Shown here one piece after another: positions 32,501 through 41,902 of a stretch of DNA of 64,000 nucleotides. Made by a program: the position numbers and the translations under genes. The DNA comes from an uncultured Acidobacteriota bacterium. GTDB taxonomy: Bacteria; Acidobacteriota; Blastocatellia; RBC074. Each line of letters starts with the position of its first letter. Position 1 is the first letter of the stretch. The notes under the pieces were generated by a model. The model was not told where the DNA came from, searched no databases, and was given only the letters and a program-made list of their open reading frames with translations. The stretch is taken from positions 1,344,001 to 1,408,000 of the forward strand of contig CAWCKY010000004.1 in the NCBI GenBank assembly GCA_963796275.1, in the 5' to 3' direction.

Positions 32501-33303
32501 TCGATGAACGGGCGCATCTCTTTGGGACCGAGCGCGCAGTTGATCCCGATGCTGAAAAGCTGCATGTGCGAGACGGAATTCCAGTAAGCCTCTACCGTCT
32601 GGCCGCTGAGCGTGCGCCCGCTCGCATCGGTGATCGTAAAGGAGCACATAACCGGGACTTTTCTTCCCGTCTCACCGAAATATTGTTGAATTGCGAAGAG
32701 CGCGGCTTTCGAATTGAGCGAATCGAAGACCGTTTCCACCAGCAAAATATCGACGCCCCCGTCCATCAGCCCGCGCACCTCCTCGTAGTAGGCTCGCGCC
32801 ACCTCTTCGAATGTCACGGCGCGAAAGGCCGGGTTGTTGACATCTGGCGAGAGCGAGGTTGTGCGATTGGTAGGCCCGATCGATCCGGCGGCGAAACAGA
32901 TGCGCTCGGGATGTTCCGCTATGAATGCATCGACTGCCTGCCGGGCGATACTCGCCGCCGCAAGGTTTATCTCATAAGCCAGATGCTCCAACTTATAATC
33001 GGCGAGCGATATCGACTGCGCTGTGAAGGTATTAGTCTCGATGATATCAGCGCCGGCTTCGAGGTATTGGCGATGTATTTCAGCAACTATTCGAGGCTGC
33101 GTAAGGCAAAGCAGGTCGTAGTTGCCTTTGAGATCATGCGGCCAGTCTTTGAACCGGTCGCCGCGGTAAGCGGCTTCGTCCAGATTGTAGCGCTGAGCCA
33201 TCGTGCCCATCGCGCCGTCTATGATGACGATGCGCTGGCGGAGAAGTTGTTCGAGCCTTTTTTCGGTATTCGGATAATTGCTCACTTCAAATGATCTAAT
33301 CAC
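29585..33303 (-). CDS. metH: B12-dependent methionine synthase; -1 frameshift at ~31441
   Basis: [32 protein letters not shown] and NSISLKEG in ORF 31378..33303. [28 protein letters not shown] and RPAPGYPA in ORF 29585..31306. The frames join at [13 protein letters not shown]. Confidence 0.95.
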
Positions 33304-33346
33304 TAACGTACTTCACTGATGATGGGTAAACCGTCGGCGAATATCC

Positions 33347-33414
33347 ACCACAAAAATCACAAATTGAAAATCAAGCGGCACCTGTTCATGCATTCTCAAT
33401 TGTGATTTTTGTGG
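33347..33414. repeat. Imperfect inverted repeat (CCACAAAAATCACAA ... TTGTGATTTTTGTGG)
   Basis: 15-bp arms visible directly, between the hypothetical gene and metH. Confidence 0.65.
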
Positions 33415-33439
33415 CCCAATTCTCACCGCATTCCGGATC

Positions 33440-34360
33440 CTATTTCAAACTGGCATAATCAAATACCTCGATGGTGTAATCCTCCGTCATCGGCTCGCAA
33501 ATATCCTGTATCTGTTGGCAGTTGATACGGCCGATATTCCAGAACCAGAAGCCTTCCGCCACGCGCGTCGACCCGAATACCATCGGTGCATTTTTAAAAA
33601 TGTAGTCGCCGCCTCGATTGTCGATCTTCATATCCTTGGGCCAGACGGCGATCCGGGCGAATACTTTATCGTTTGCATCGATCCAGATTTTGCCCTCGAG
33701 TTCCGGAGTGACCCTCGTATATTGATTATAGAAAAAGTTGGTACAACCGCTGAAATTGATCGAGATCATCTCCCTTCCCGCTACCGTTTCGCGCTGCCGA
33801 TCATGCAGATCGCAATACCTGAGAACCTTTTGAGCATCAAAACCCACGGCGCGAGCGCCCCACATACCCCGCTTCCAGGCGGCGAAATGTCCCCATTCGA
33901 TGGGACCCTGGTTGAATGCGTAGAAGCTGCTCGATCTGTTCTTCTTCTCCATTTTCTTCCGTGCCTTCGATCGCTTCTTCGCGACCTTTTCCGGTGAAAC
34001 GAGTTTGCCGTTCTTTTCGACTAATACCTTTTCCCCCTTCATCTGTTTGCCCCAATATCTCGGTAGGAATACTTCATAGGTCTCCGATTTCACCTCCGTG
34101 GTCCCATTTCCTTTGGTCTTGCGAATGACCTTGCGCCATTTGTAACTGTAATCGGTGACCCCCCGCAACGAGAGTATCGACTGCTCTTCCGTGTTGAATT
34201 TCACCTCGCGTATCAGATCGGAAATAGTTGGTACGGGCCCGTCCGTTGAAACAGCTGCATCCTGGCCGAAGACTGCTGGTTGCATTAAAAATATGATCGA
34301 CAAACCGATAAGCCGGAGACAGCTAAATTTCACCATTTGCAATGACCTTGCAACAAACAT
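33440..34360 (-). CDS. Hypothetical exported protein
   Basis: 306 aa ORF with a GGAGG RBS, signal-peptide-like N-terminus and a beta-rich region (GKIWIDANDKVFARI). Confidence 0.7.
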   Translation of the reverse strand: MFVARSLQMVKFSCLRLIGLSIIFLMQPAVFGQDAAVSTDGPVPTISDLIREVKFNTEEQSILSLRGVTDYSYKWRKVIRKTKGNGTTEVKSETYEVFLPRYWGKQMKGEKVLVEKNGKLVSPEKVAKKRSKARKKMEKKNRSSSFYAFNQGPIEWGHFAAWKRGMWGARAVGFDAQKVLRYCDLHDRQRETVAGREMISINFSGCTNFFYNQYTRVTPELEGKIWIDANDKVFARIAVWPKDMKIDNRGGDYIFKNAPMVFGSTRVAEGFWFWNIGRINCQQIQDICEPMTEDYTIEVFDYASLK

Positions 34361-34589
34361 ATCAACCCTCCGTGTGAAGAACGTTTATGCGGTTCTGCCG
34401 CTTGAAACACGAAAGATGTGGGGGTCTTCCGCGGTGAAGTCAGGAGATTTTGGAGAAACTCATTCTACCGCATTTTTTTTGATTGTTCAGCAGCCCAAGG
34501 CAAATCCGCTGAAATCGAAAACTGCTAACACAATCCTGATCCAAAACCTCTATTATCTAGATGTGACTTAGAAATTAAATATGTGTCTG

Positions 34590-36443
34590 TCACCTCAGCG
34601 CTTCAAAGACTTCCAGCGCGTGTGGGATCTTTCCAAACGGCGCAGACACTTGTACGCCCTGCACATACGGGCGCGCCTCCATCAACATCTCCTGCGCGAT
34701 CCTGACTCCCTCTTTTAATGCCGCCGCGCCATCAGCCGCTGAACGCATCCGCTCGAGGACGGTTTCAGGTACCGAAACCCCCGGCACTTCATTGTTCAAA
34801 AATTCCGCGTTGCGAAAACTGGTCAATGGCCAAATGCCGGGGATGATCGGAATGCGGCAGTGCTCGATCCGCTTGAGGAACAATATCAATTGTTCGACAT
34901 CGAAAACCGGCTGCGTGATCGCAAATTCCGCCCCCGCCTCTACCTTCCACTCAAAGCGACGAATCTCGTGATCGAGATCGATAGCGCCGGGATTCACGCC
35001 TACGCCGATGACGAAGGACGTCGGTTTGCCGATCGGATTTCCACCCGGATCTATCCCGTGGTTCAATCGATTGACGAGGTTCGTCAGCCCTATCGCATCG
35101 ATATCGAAGACGGCCGTCGCATCCGGATAAGGCCCCATCTTCGGCGGATCACCCGTGACCAGAAGAAAGTTGCGCAGCCCCAGCGCGGCCGCGCCGAGCA
35201 GGTCGGAAAACATACCAAGCAAATTGCGGTCGCGGCAGGCGTAGTGAGTGACTGCCTCGATGCCCACCTGCTGTTCGATGATGAGCGAGACAGCCAATGC
35301 GCCCATGCGCGACTGCGCGCGCGGGCCATCGGGTACATTGACGGCGTCGACGCCCGCATCTTTCAGGGTACGCACCCCCTCGATCATCTTCGATGGATCG
35401 CAGCCTTTGGGAGGAACTATTTCCACGCTGGTAACGAACCGGCCGTCCGCGAGGCCCTGGGCAAACCGAGAACGCTCGCCGAATGGCGTCGGATCGACCT
35501 TAACGCTCTGTTCCTCTAAGGTGATCGCTCTCACGGTTTGGCGGGTTGGACTCAAAGCGCGGACGGCGTCAACCATCAATTTGATATGCTCCGATGTCGT
35601 CCCGCAGCAGCCGCCTATGAACTTGACGCCCGCGTTGATCAATCGCTTCGCGTACTTGGCCATATACTCGGGCGATGCCAGATACATCTGACGACCCTGC
35701 ACATCGCGCGGCAAACCGGCGTTGGGCTGCGCGGCGAGGCGACGGGTCGTGAGCGGGCGCATCTTCTCGATCGCCTCCAGGATGATTTGTGGCCCGACCG
35801 AACAGTTCAACCCTATAATGTCGCCTTCCTCTTTATTGAGCCATTGATCCAGACGCTGCGTGAAAATCTCAGGCGATGTGCCGTATGCCGTCTCGCCGTG
35901 ATCGTTGATCGTCATCTGCGCGAATATGACGTGATCGCACAGTTCGCGGACGGCGCGGATCGCCTGGTGCATCTCAGCCAGATCCTGAAAGGTCTCGAGC
36001 ACGAAGCAATCGACGCCTCCCTCCAGCAGCGCCTGCGCCTGTTCCTTAAAGAGGTCCTTTGCCTCATCCACCGATGTCGGTCCGTAAGGCTCTATGCGAA
36101 CCCCGAGAGGCGAGATGGCGCCGGCTACGAAGACATCGTGTTTGGCCGACTCAGCGGCGCTGCGCGCCAGTCTTGCGGCGGCGGCATTGATATCGGGCAG
36201 CTTTTCCTCTAGTCCCTGCTGTGCAAGTTTAAGCCGCGATGCGCCGTATGTGTTGGTTTCGATAATCTCGGCGCCGGCCCTGATATATTCGCGGTGAATA
36301 TCGACGATGAGATCAGGCGAAGAGAGATTCAGTTCATCGTAGCTTCGATTGATGTAAACGCCCTTGGTGTAAATCATCGTACCCATCGCGCCATCAAAGA
36401 CGCGAACGCGGTCATCCTGAATGAAATCCCGAAATTGATCCAT
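34590..36443 (-). CDS. yitJ: Bifunctional homocysteine S-methyltransferase / 5,10-methylenetetrahydrofolate reductase
   Basis: DGAMGT, GLNCSVGP and GGCCGT (Hcy-MT domain); VEIVPPKG, CRDRN, VTGDPP and AITQPVFD (MTHFR domain). Confidence 0.92.
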   Translation of the reverse strand: MDQFRDFIQDDRVRVFDGAMGTMIYTKGVYINRSYDELNLSSPDLIVDIHREYIRAGAEIIETNTYGASRLKLAQQGLEEKLPDINAAAARLARSAAESAKHDVFVAGAISPLGVRIEPYGPTSVDEAKDLFKEQAQALLEGGVDCFVLETFQDLAEMHQAIRAVRELCDHVIFAQMTINDHGETAYGTSPEIFTQRLDQWLNKEEGDIIGLNCSVGPQIILEAIEKMRPLTTRRLAAQPNAGLPRDVQGRQMYLASPEYMAKYAKRLINAGVKFIGGCCGTTSEHIKLMVDAVRALSPTRQTVRAITLEEQSVKVDPTPFGERSRFAQGLADGRFVTSVEIVPPKGCDPSKMIEGVRTLKDAGVDAVNVPDGPRAQSRMGALAVSLIIEQQVGIEAVTHYACRDRNLLGMFSDLLGAAALGLRNFLLVTGDPPKMGPYPDATAVFDIDAIGLTNLVNRLNHGIDPGGNPIGKPTSFVIGVGVNPGAIDLDHEIRRFEWKVEAGAEFAITQPVFDVEQLILFLKRIEHCRIPIIPGIWPLTSFRNAEFLNNEVPGVSVPETVLERMRSAADGAAALKEGVRIAQEMLMEARPYVQGVQVSAPFGKIPHALEVFEALR

Positions 36444-36546
36444 ACAAAAAAAGAAAGCAGATAGTTGACAGTTGAATGAAGAATGAAGAATGAACCCGAC
36501 TATCGCCTATCAATCGTGCGCTATCAACTAAACAAAAGCCTCGCTT

Positions 36547-36579
36547 AAATAAAAAGCCTCGCGCAAAGTCACGCGAGGC
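36547..36579 (-). terminator. Intrinsic terminator of the riboswitch expression platform
   Basis: Minus strand GCCTCGCG-tgactttg-CGCGAGGC followed by TTTTTATTT, about 100 nt upstream of yitJ. Confidence 0.85.
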
Positions 36580-36626
36580 GTTCTTTCCATTCTTTTCATT
36601 CCTTCGATGCGGTGCACCACGAGCAG

Positions 36627-36675
36627 CCTTTTAGCAGTTTTTTTCGTGGAGCAAGTCGCCATAAATCGCCACGCG
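36627..36675 (-). ncRNA. SAM-II (SAM_alpha-like) riboswitch aptamer
   Basis: Minus strand CGCGTGGCGATTTATGGCGACTTGCTCCACGAAAAAAACTGCTAAAAGG. It has P1 CGTGG/CCACG, the conserved GATTT..TTGC loop and 3' GCTAAA, and lies upstream of methionine genes. Confidence 0.85.
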
Positions 36676-36691
36676 CTAATTCTAAAAATGG

Positions 36692-36720
36692 AATGTATCG
36701 CGCCAGCCTTGTGGTGTCAA
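36692..36720 (-). promoter_or_regulatory. Sigma70-type promoter for the SAM-II leader / yitJ
   Basis: TTGACA-17 nt-TACATT immediately upstream of the aptamer. Confidence 0.7.
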
Positions 36721-36827
36721 GGCGGGCGGCCCGTTCATTTAATATCCGTGCGATTCGGCGCAAAACGTGAGCATCGTCGGCTAATCCACTATTGATATAC
36801 CGCACGCACAGGGCGTATTCTCATCCT

Positions 36828-38399
36828 ATGACAGATCGAACTCCCTGCAGTATACTCGATTACCTCACAGCAAATGCCTCACAGTACGGCGAGAGGCCTG
36901 CCATCATTTGCGACAGCCATTCGATCAGCTACCGCGAACTAATCGATCAAAGCGCTCAGTGCCGCGGCGCGTTGCAGGAGCTGGGGATCGAACGGGGCGA
37001 CCGCGTCGCGCTGATCATGTGCGATGGGCCGGAGTGGGCTCTGGCGCTGATAGGCATTATCAGTATGGGCGCGATAGCGGTGCCGTGCAGCACTATGGCA
37101 AAAGCGCCGGAGCTGACTTATATCCTCAATGATTGCGGCGTGAAGGCCGCCATCATCACGCCTGATCAGTTCGAAACGATCATGGCCGCATGGCAAAACG
37201 CCCCCGCTCTGCAAACGGTCTTGCTGGCCGGAGCTGAAGAGTCTCCGGCGGAAGAGAGTCTGTTGCGTTTCGAGCGATTGCTGGCGGAAGCCACACCGGT
37301 GCCGATGGCGGAATTTAACGCCGAGACGCTCGCCATCATCCTGTATACGTCGGGCAGCACCGGCCAACCGAAAGGTGCGGTCCACCGGCACGGCGACTTT
37401 CCGGTTATCATCGAGAGATGCGGGCGCAAGGTTTACGAGATATCACAGGTAGACCGACTCTTCTCCACTTCACGCTTGTTCTTCGCTTACGGGCTGGGCA
37501 ACAGTTTCTCCGTGCCTCTTGGTCTGGGCGCCACGAGTATTCTCTGCCGCGAGCGTCCGACGCCGCCCGTGATCGCACGCATACTCGCAAACGAAAAACC
37601 CACTGTTTTCTTCGCAGTCCCGGCCGTCTTTCGCGGGCTGCTCGAATACATGCATCAGGGAAATGAACTGAAGACCGATTCCATCAGATTCTGCGTCTCG
37701 GCGGGAGAGTGTCTGCCGGCACAGATATTTCACGAGTGGAAGGAGGCTACCGGACTCGACATCGTCGATGGAATCGGATCGACAGAGCTGTTCTATATGT
37801 TCATCTCAAATCGGTGCGACGATATACGGCCGGGAAGCTCCGGCCTGCCGATAGATGGATACGAGATACGACTGGTCGATGAACGGGGCGGCATAATCGA
37901 TGGCGCAGGGCGCGGCGATCTCTACGTCAAAGGCGCGTCCGCTCTGACTTCTTACTGGAACAACCCGGATAAGACAGCCGAGACGATCAGCCAGGGATGG
38001 GTGAAGACCGGCGATGTATACCGCCGCGATGAAGAGGGCTTCTACTGGTTCGAAGGGCGAAGCGACGATCTCTTTAAGTCGTCGGGACTCTGGGTCTCTC
38101 CGGGCGATGTGGAAGCCGCGCTCTGTTCTCATCCGTCTGTCCTCGAAGCCGCAGTCATCGCCGAAAAAAGTGCGGACGGAACAAACCTCGTCGCCGCTTA
38201 CGTCGTATTGCGGCCCGGTATCGGACCAGATGGCGAGATAGTGGAGACACTTCAGTCGCACGCTTCGGATATCCTTCCACGTTACAAGCAGCCCAGGCGC
38301 ATTTATTTTCTCGATCAGTTGCCGCGTACCGCGACCGGCAAGATGCAGCGCTTCAAATTGCGTGGCCGCAACCATACCAACTGCGCCTCGGTTGACTGA
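36828..38399 (+). CDS. Benzoate-CoA ligase family AMP-binding enzyme
   Basis: LYTSGSTGQPKG, LFFAYGLGN, VSAGE, DGIGSTE, TGDVY, GRSDD and PRTATGK. Confidence 0.88.
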   Translation: MTDRTPCSILDYLTANASQYGERPAIICDSHSISYRELIDQSAQCRGALQELGIERGDRVALIMCDGPEWALALIGIISMGAIAVPCSTMAKAPELTYILNDCGVKAAIITPDQFETIMAAWQNAPALQTVLLAGAEESPAEESLLRFERLLAEATPVPMAEFNAETLAIILYTSGSTGQPKGAVHRHGDFPVIIERCGRKVYEISQVDRLFSTSRLFFAYGLGNSFSVPLGLGATSILCRERPTPPVIARILANEKPTVFFAVPAVFRGLLEYMHQGNELKTDSIRFCVSAGECLPAQIFHEWKEATGLDIVDGIGSTELFYMFISNRCDDIRPGSSGLPIDGYEIRLVDERGGIIDGAGRGDLYVKGASALTSYWNNPDKTAETISQGWVKTGDVYRRDEEGFYWFEGRSDDLFKSSGLWVSPGDVEAALCSHPSVLEAAVIAEKSADGTNLVAAYVVLRPGIGPDGEIVETLQSHASDILPRYKQPRRIYFLDQLPRTATGKMQRFKLRGRNHTNCASVD

Positions 38400-38785
38400 C
38401 GATAAATAATCGGTGCCGGAACATTTGGAAGCGCGATTCTTCGGACTGGCGCGGAACCGATCGCATCACTCAACTGGTCAAGAGGTTACACCTCGGCCAC
38501 ATATCGAGTGCCAAGACTATTCCAGCGAACCCGCTCTTGCATACACCTCTCGCAATACAATCTCGCCGTATATCTCTACCTGATGAATTTGTCTTCAGAA
38601 ATCCCGATCAGTGAAATTACTCTGATCTACAGGAAGATCAATGTGGAACTATGTTTGCAGGTCAAATTCGCAGATAGTGACTAAACGTAAATTTGATTCT
38701 AAAACGAAGCGAAATAGATACATTTTGACAGGCGCCGATACACACTTATGTAGAGCTAAGTATCATTTTCGCTCACAATCAAAGA

Positions 38786-39907
38786 ATGAAGAAGTACAAA
38801 CGGATTACTTTCGCCGGTCGGATGTTGGGCAAGCAATTGTTTCTGGTAATAGCTCTGCTCTTCTTCGCAGAATTCTTGCATTGGGCGATTACCGACCCGA
38901 AGCCAGCCTCGGTCGCATCATCACCAAGAGCGCCCAAGATTCTTTGGGAAAATTCAGAACAGCCGGGGCAAACGGGGCAAACGGGGCAATCCAGCCAAAA
39001 GGGGCATGGCGACCTCGTCAACTCCCTGACTTTTTCCACTGATGGGCGAATGCTGGCATCTGTCGACGCCGGCTCAGACATAAAGGTGTGGCGGGTCGAA
39101 GACGGAGGACTGGTGTATACGCTCGGGCAAGATAAGAGCGGTCCGCATTGCCTCGCTTTTTCGCCTGATGGGAAACTGTTGGTGGCCGCTTCAGGGGGGG
39201 CCACCAGGAATCTATCATTCTACCGCGCGGCGGACGGATCATCGCTACGCACAATCACTGCGCACAAGAATGGGACAAATACCATCGCCTTCACTCCCGA
39301 TGGGACGCTGCTCGCCTCGGGCGGGCGCGATCACAAACTAAGGCTCTGGCGGGTGTCCGACGGCGCACTGGTTAAGGAACTCAATCAGGGAGCTCGCATT
39401 ATTTCACTCGCCTTCTCTCCCGATGGGGGAGTGATCGCGGCAGGAGACCGCAACGGCAGGATCAAGTTATGGCGCGCGGCTGATGAGACGCAGCTCGGCG
39501 TCATCGATGCCCACACGGAATATGTCTTCTCACTCGCATTTTCACCGACCGGTTCGATGCTGGCTTCGGGCGGGGGTGATGAGAGCTTAAAGCTGTGGGC
39601 CATACCTGGCGGGAAATCGATACGCGCCGTAACTATTCCCAACAGCGGAACGGCAACCTCAGTCGCATTCTCATCCGATGGGCAGTCGGTGAACGCGATA
39701 ACTTCCGAATTGGTGACTTCGCCCGCTAATACGATGCAATCGCTGGGCGCCATTCGCTCGTGGCGCATCGCCGACGGCGCCTTATTTTCCATATTCGACC
39801 AGCAGACAGACTCTAGCGTTAACGCCATCGCGCTTTCGCCCAACGGCAGCCTGTTGGGATACGGACGGCAGGACGGCGGCGTAGTCTTGGCCCGCATCCC
39901 GTTTTGA
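38786..39907 (+). CDS. WD40-repeat beta-propeller protein with N-terminal TM/signal
   Basis: About 7 repeats of AFSPDG..LASG..D..KLW. Confidence 0.9.
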   Translation: MKKYKRITFAGRMLGKQLFLVIALLFFAEFLHWAITDPKPASVASSPRAPKILWENSEQPGQTGQTGQSSQKGHGDLVNSLTFSTDGRMLASVDAGSDIKVWRVEDGGLVYTLGQDKSGPHCLAFSPDGKLLVAASGGATRNLSFYRAADGSSLRTITAHKNGTNTIAFTPDGTLLASGGRDHKLRLWRVSDGALVKELNQGARIISLAFSPDGGVIAAGDRNGRIKLWRAADETQLGVIDAHTEYVFSLAFSPTGSMLASGGGDESLKLWAIPGGKSIRAVTIPNSGTATSVAFSSDGQSVNAITSELVTSPANTMQSLGAIRSWRIADGALFSIFDQQTDSSVNAIALSPNGSLLGYGRQDGGVVLARIPF

Positions 39908-40108
39908 CTAAATCTCAGCAGACCGCATTTACAAGGGACACGCTATCGCGATAAAAAGCTATGATGCTTTTTTATGGAATCGTTCGCGTCTTCGTGTATG
40001 AGGCTCTTATAACCATGAAAATAACCACCATGAAGAATCGGTGAGAACGACGATTTTTCCTCTCTTCGCCTTCTTCGGTTTTTCGTGTTTGCAGAGGAGG
40101 GCGTTCTT

Positions 40109-40711
40109 ATGCTGTTTTGGTTATCTCCCCCTGACATTTTTTCGATGGAGATGTTTCACCTGGGATCGCCAGTGATCGAGAAGGTGCTGCGTCCGATGAT
40201 CATTTACATCTTTCTCGTCGCGGTGTTGCGCATCTTCGGTAAGCGAGAGCTGGCGCAGCTCAATCCGTTCGATCTGGTCGTGCTGCTCTCGCTTTCCAAC
40301 ACGGTCCAAAACGCCATCATAGGAAACGACGACTCGGTGACCGGTGGCCTGATCGGCGCATTTACGCTGCTCGCGACTAATTACCTGGTCGTTCGCTTCC
40401 TCTTTCGCCATCGACGGCTCGATCAGATAATCGAAGGCAAACCTGCTGTTTTGATCGCGCACGGGAAACTGAAAACCCGCGCGCTGGCGAAAGAGTTGTT
40501 GTCGGAATCGGAGTTGCTCACCGTCGCGCGCCGCCAGGGATTCAAAAGCCTTAAAGAGATTGACCGATGCATTCTCGACCCGAGCGGAAATTTTATAATC
40601 GAAGGGAAATCACCGGCGGTCGCGGATCAACAGTATGCCGAGCTTATCAAGCAGTTGAATCAGATCAACCAACAGCTGGGCGAACTCAGGCAGCAGATCC
40701 AGACACGTTGA
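40109..40711 (+). CDS. DUF421 (YetF-like) membrane protein
   Basis: LRIFGKRELAQLNPFDLVVLL and IIEGKPAVLI; GAGGAGG RBS 8 nt before ATG 40109. Confidence 0.88.
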   Translation: MLFWLSPPDIFSMEMFHLGSPVIEKVLRPMIIYIFLVAVLRIFGKRELAQLNPFDLVVLLSLSNTVQNAIIGNDDSVTGGLIGAFTLLATNYLVVRFLFRHRRLDQIIEGKPAVLIAHGKLKTRALAKELLSESELLTVARRQGFKSLKEIDRCILDPSGNFIIEGKSPAVADQQYAELIKQLNQINQQLGELRQQIQTR

Positions 40712-40827
40712 TTTGTAAGAATGTGAGCGCGCGCGGCCTCGCGTGCTTCCGCTCGTATGACGATCTTTCACCGGAAACCACGGCGCGCGAGGCCGCGCGG
40801 GGGCTGGGGTTTCAGAGGAGACGAAAA

Positions 40828-41808
40828 ATGGATTATGTGAATTTGGGGAATACCGGACTGCAGGTATCGCGCCTGTGCCTCGGCTGCATGACTTACGGTG
40901 TGCCCGATCGCGGCGCGCATCCCTGGACGCTGGATGAAGAGCAAAGCCGCCCTTTCATCCGCCGCGCGCTCGAGCTCGGCATAAATTTCTTTGATACATC
41001 CAATAGCTACTCGGATGGGACGAGCGAGGAAATATTGGGCCGCGCGATTCGCGACTTCGGTTCCCGGGATGAAGTAGTCATCGCCACCAAGGTTTTTTTT
41101 CAGATGCGAAAAGGCCCGAACGGCCGCGGTCTATCGCGTAAGTCGATCATGACCGAGATCGATGCCAGCCTGCGGCGCCTCGGCATGGACTACATCGACC
41201 TCTACCAAATTCACCGCTGGGATTACAACACGCCGATCGAGGAGACGCTCGAAGCGTTGCATGATCTCATCAAACAGGGCAAGGTCCGTTACATCGGCGC
41301 GTCGTCTATGTTCGCCTGGCAATTCTGCAAGTCGCTCTATTTGGCAAGTCAACTCGGATGGACGCGATTCGCGACGATGCAGAATCACTACAATCTGCTC
41401 TATCGCGAAGAGGAACGAGAGATGATGCCGCTGTGCTCAGCTGAAGGTATAGGCGTGCTGCCATGGAGTCCGCTGGCGCGGGGCCGCCTGACGCGCGAAT
41501 GGGGAGAGAATACCCGTCGGATGGAGACCGACGACGTCGGAAAGAAACTCTACGGCGGAACAGAAGACGCAGACCGCCGGATCGTCGAGCGCGTGGGCGA
41601 GATCGCGGTGAAGCGCGGAGCGACGCGCGCACAGGTGGCCCTGGCCTGGATGCTGCAGAATGAATTCGTTACCGCGCCCATCATCGGCGCATCTCAACCA
41701 CATCATCTGGAAGATGCCGTCGCTGCGTTATCGCTCAATCTTTCGGTCGAAGAGATATCCACGCTCGAGGAACCCTATGTACCTCATAGCATCGCCGGCT
41801 TCTCCTGA
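40828..41808 (+). CDS. Aldo/keto reductase (YajO/IolS-like)
   Basis: LGNTGLQVSRLCLGCM, FFDTSNSY, IATK, YIDLYQIHRWD and PWSPLARG; AGGAG RBS before ATG 40828. Confidence 0.93.
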   Translation: MDYVNLGNTGLQVSRLCLGCMTYGVPDRGAHPWTLDEEQSRPFIRRALELGINFFDTSNSYSDGTSEEILGRAIRDFGSRDEVVIATKVFFQMRKGPNGRGLSRKSIMTEIDASLRRLGMDYIDLYQIHRWDYNTPIEETLEALHDLIKQGKVRYIGASSMFAWQFCKSLYLASQLGWTRFATMQNHYNLLYREEEREMMPLCSAEGIGVLPWSPLARGRLTREWGENTRRMETDDVGKKLYGGTEDADRRIVERVGEIAVKRGATRAQVALAWMLQNEFVTAPIIGASQPHHLEDAVAALSLNLSVEEISTLEEPYVPHSIAGFS

Positions 41809-41833
41809 TTAGCCCGAACCGCAAAAATTCGCC

Positions 41834-41877
41834 AAAAAAAGACGCAAAATTCGTGTCCCGATTTTCGCGTCTTTTTT
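41834..41877. terminator. Bidirectional intrinsic terminator
   Basis: AAAAAAAGACGC...GCGTCTTTTTT hairpin between the convergent AKR and TonB receptor genes. Confidence 0.7.
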
Positions 41878-41902
41878 ATGGGTTAACCGGTTAATTCTTT
41901 GA

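Noticed and set aside
32278-33294. 338 aa plus-strand ORF
   Set aside because: Antisense to metH; no motifs.
38964-38990. 9-bp repeat (GGGGCAAAC x3) in the WD40 gene
   Set aside because: In-frame GQT linker expansion with no phase-variation potential.
40567-40827. N-terminal extension of the aldo/keto reductase
   Set aside because: Overlaps the DUF421 gene; a good RBS and family-typical start lie at 40828.
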